Below are positions 63,696 to 64,000 of a stretch of DNA of 64,000 bases, one piece after another. The DNA is from an uncultured Candidatus Moduliflexus sp. (lineage in GTDB: Bacteria; Moduliflexota; Moduliflexia; Moduliflexales; Moduliflexaceae). Each line of letters opens with the position of its first letter. Positions within the stretch are counted from its first letter, which is position 1. The notes under the pieces are model-generated. The model did no database searches, was not told where the DNA came from, and saw only the letters and a list, made by a program, of their open reading frames with translations. Position numbers and translations under genes: made by a program. The stretch lies in assembly GCA_964498135.1 (NCBI GenBank), contig CAZCGG010000001.1, positions 3,371 through 67,370 on the forward strand, given 5' to 3'.

Positions 63696-64000
63696 ATGTT
63701 TGAGCGTTATCAGCACATTCTTTGGGATTGGAACGGGACGCTGTTCGATGATGCGTGGCTCTGCATCGCTTCGATGAATCACATGCTGGAGCGGCACGGG
63801 CTGCCGCTGTTGACGCATGAACGCTATCGAGACGTGTTCCGCTTTCCCGTCCGCGAATATTACCGCGACTTGGGGCTTGATTTTTCGCGCGAGTCGTTTG
63901 AACATCTCAGCGTTGAATTTATGGCGTACTATGAAGCTCGCAAAATCGAATGCAACCTATTTGACGGCGTTCACGCCACGCTTGCGCACGTCCGGCAGTT
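63696..64000 (+). CDS. HAD-superfamily hydrolase, 5' partial (runs off window)
   Basis: ATG 63696 preceded by GGAGGAAG; motif I-like ILWDWNGTLFDD; no stop before window end. Confidence 0.55.
   Translation, partial: MFERYQHILWDWNGTLFDDAWLCIASMNHMLERHGLPLLTHERYRDVFRFPVREYYRDLGLDFSRESFEHLSVEFMAYYEARKIECNLFDGVHATLAHVRQ

Noticed and set aside
1-64000. Looked for CRISPR arrays, IS elements/transposases, integrases and rRNA genes
   Set aside because: No direct-repeat/spacer periodicity, no transposase-like ORFs, no rRNA-like conserved stretches seen; the only PD-(D/E)XK-like gene is the Uma2 homologue at 4..486, which is not by itself a mobile element.

Overview
This 64 kb window is a bacterial chromosomal segment, moderately GC-rich, with no rRNA, CRISPR array or obvious mobile element. 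It has three parts.

Left part, 1-16.6 kb, mostly plus strand:
- a Uma2-family endonuclease gene;
- an eight-gene chemosensory operon in Pil-Chp/Frz-like order: dual-REC regulator, CheY, CheW, transmembrane MCP, CheA-REC hybrid, CheB, a second CheW, and a REC protein with a polyglutamate linker. No CheR is present;
- valS, birA, a hypothetical gene and an orphan exosortase-family gene.

Centre, 16.6-49.4 kb, all minus strand: a canonical translation/transcription supercluster.
- rplQ-rpoA-rpsD-rpsK-rpsM-rpmJ-infA-secY and the spc and S10 ribosomal operons. rplC is conspicuously absent between rpsJ and rplD.
- fusA-rpsG-rpsL, then rpoC and rpoB (1527 aa, with insertions).
- rplL-rplJ-rplA-rplK-nusG-secE, tRNA-Trp, rpmG and tuf.
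- upstream of tuf, a tRNA-Thr/Tyr/Gly/Thr array identical in order to E. coli thrU-tyrU-glyT-thrT-tufB.

Right part, 49.6-59.2 kb: the most interesting locus, a compact nine-gene minus-strand operon.
- It encodes a thioredoxin-like [2Fe-2S] ferredoxin, a stand-alone PAS protein, and a SpoIIE/PP2C phosphatase with an unknown C-terminal domain.
- These are followed by the trimeric NADH/ferredoxin (bifurcating-type) [FeFe]-hydrogenase HydC-HydB-HydA (H-cluster motifs L1/L2/L3 present).
- An intrinsic terminator then abuts the start codon of a sigma54-dependent NtrC-type regulator.
- Last is a highly unusual sensor kinase whose N-terminus is a complete sugar-ABC-type ATPase domain fused to PAS-HisKA-HATPase.
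- This resembles, but is wired differently from, the HydS/PP2C/kinase sensory modules known next to HydABC in Thermotogae and Clostridia. No sensory hydrogenase is present.

Divergent from this operon is a NuoF paralog lacking both the [2Fe-2S] and the ferredoxin domains. Then come a secreted beta/gamma-crystallin-fold protein, an REC-HisKA-HATPase hybrid kinase, and a partial HAD-family gene at the window edge.
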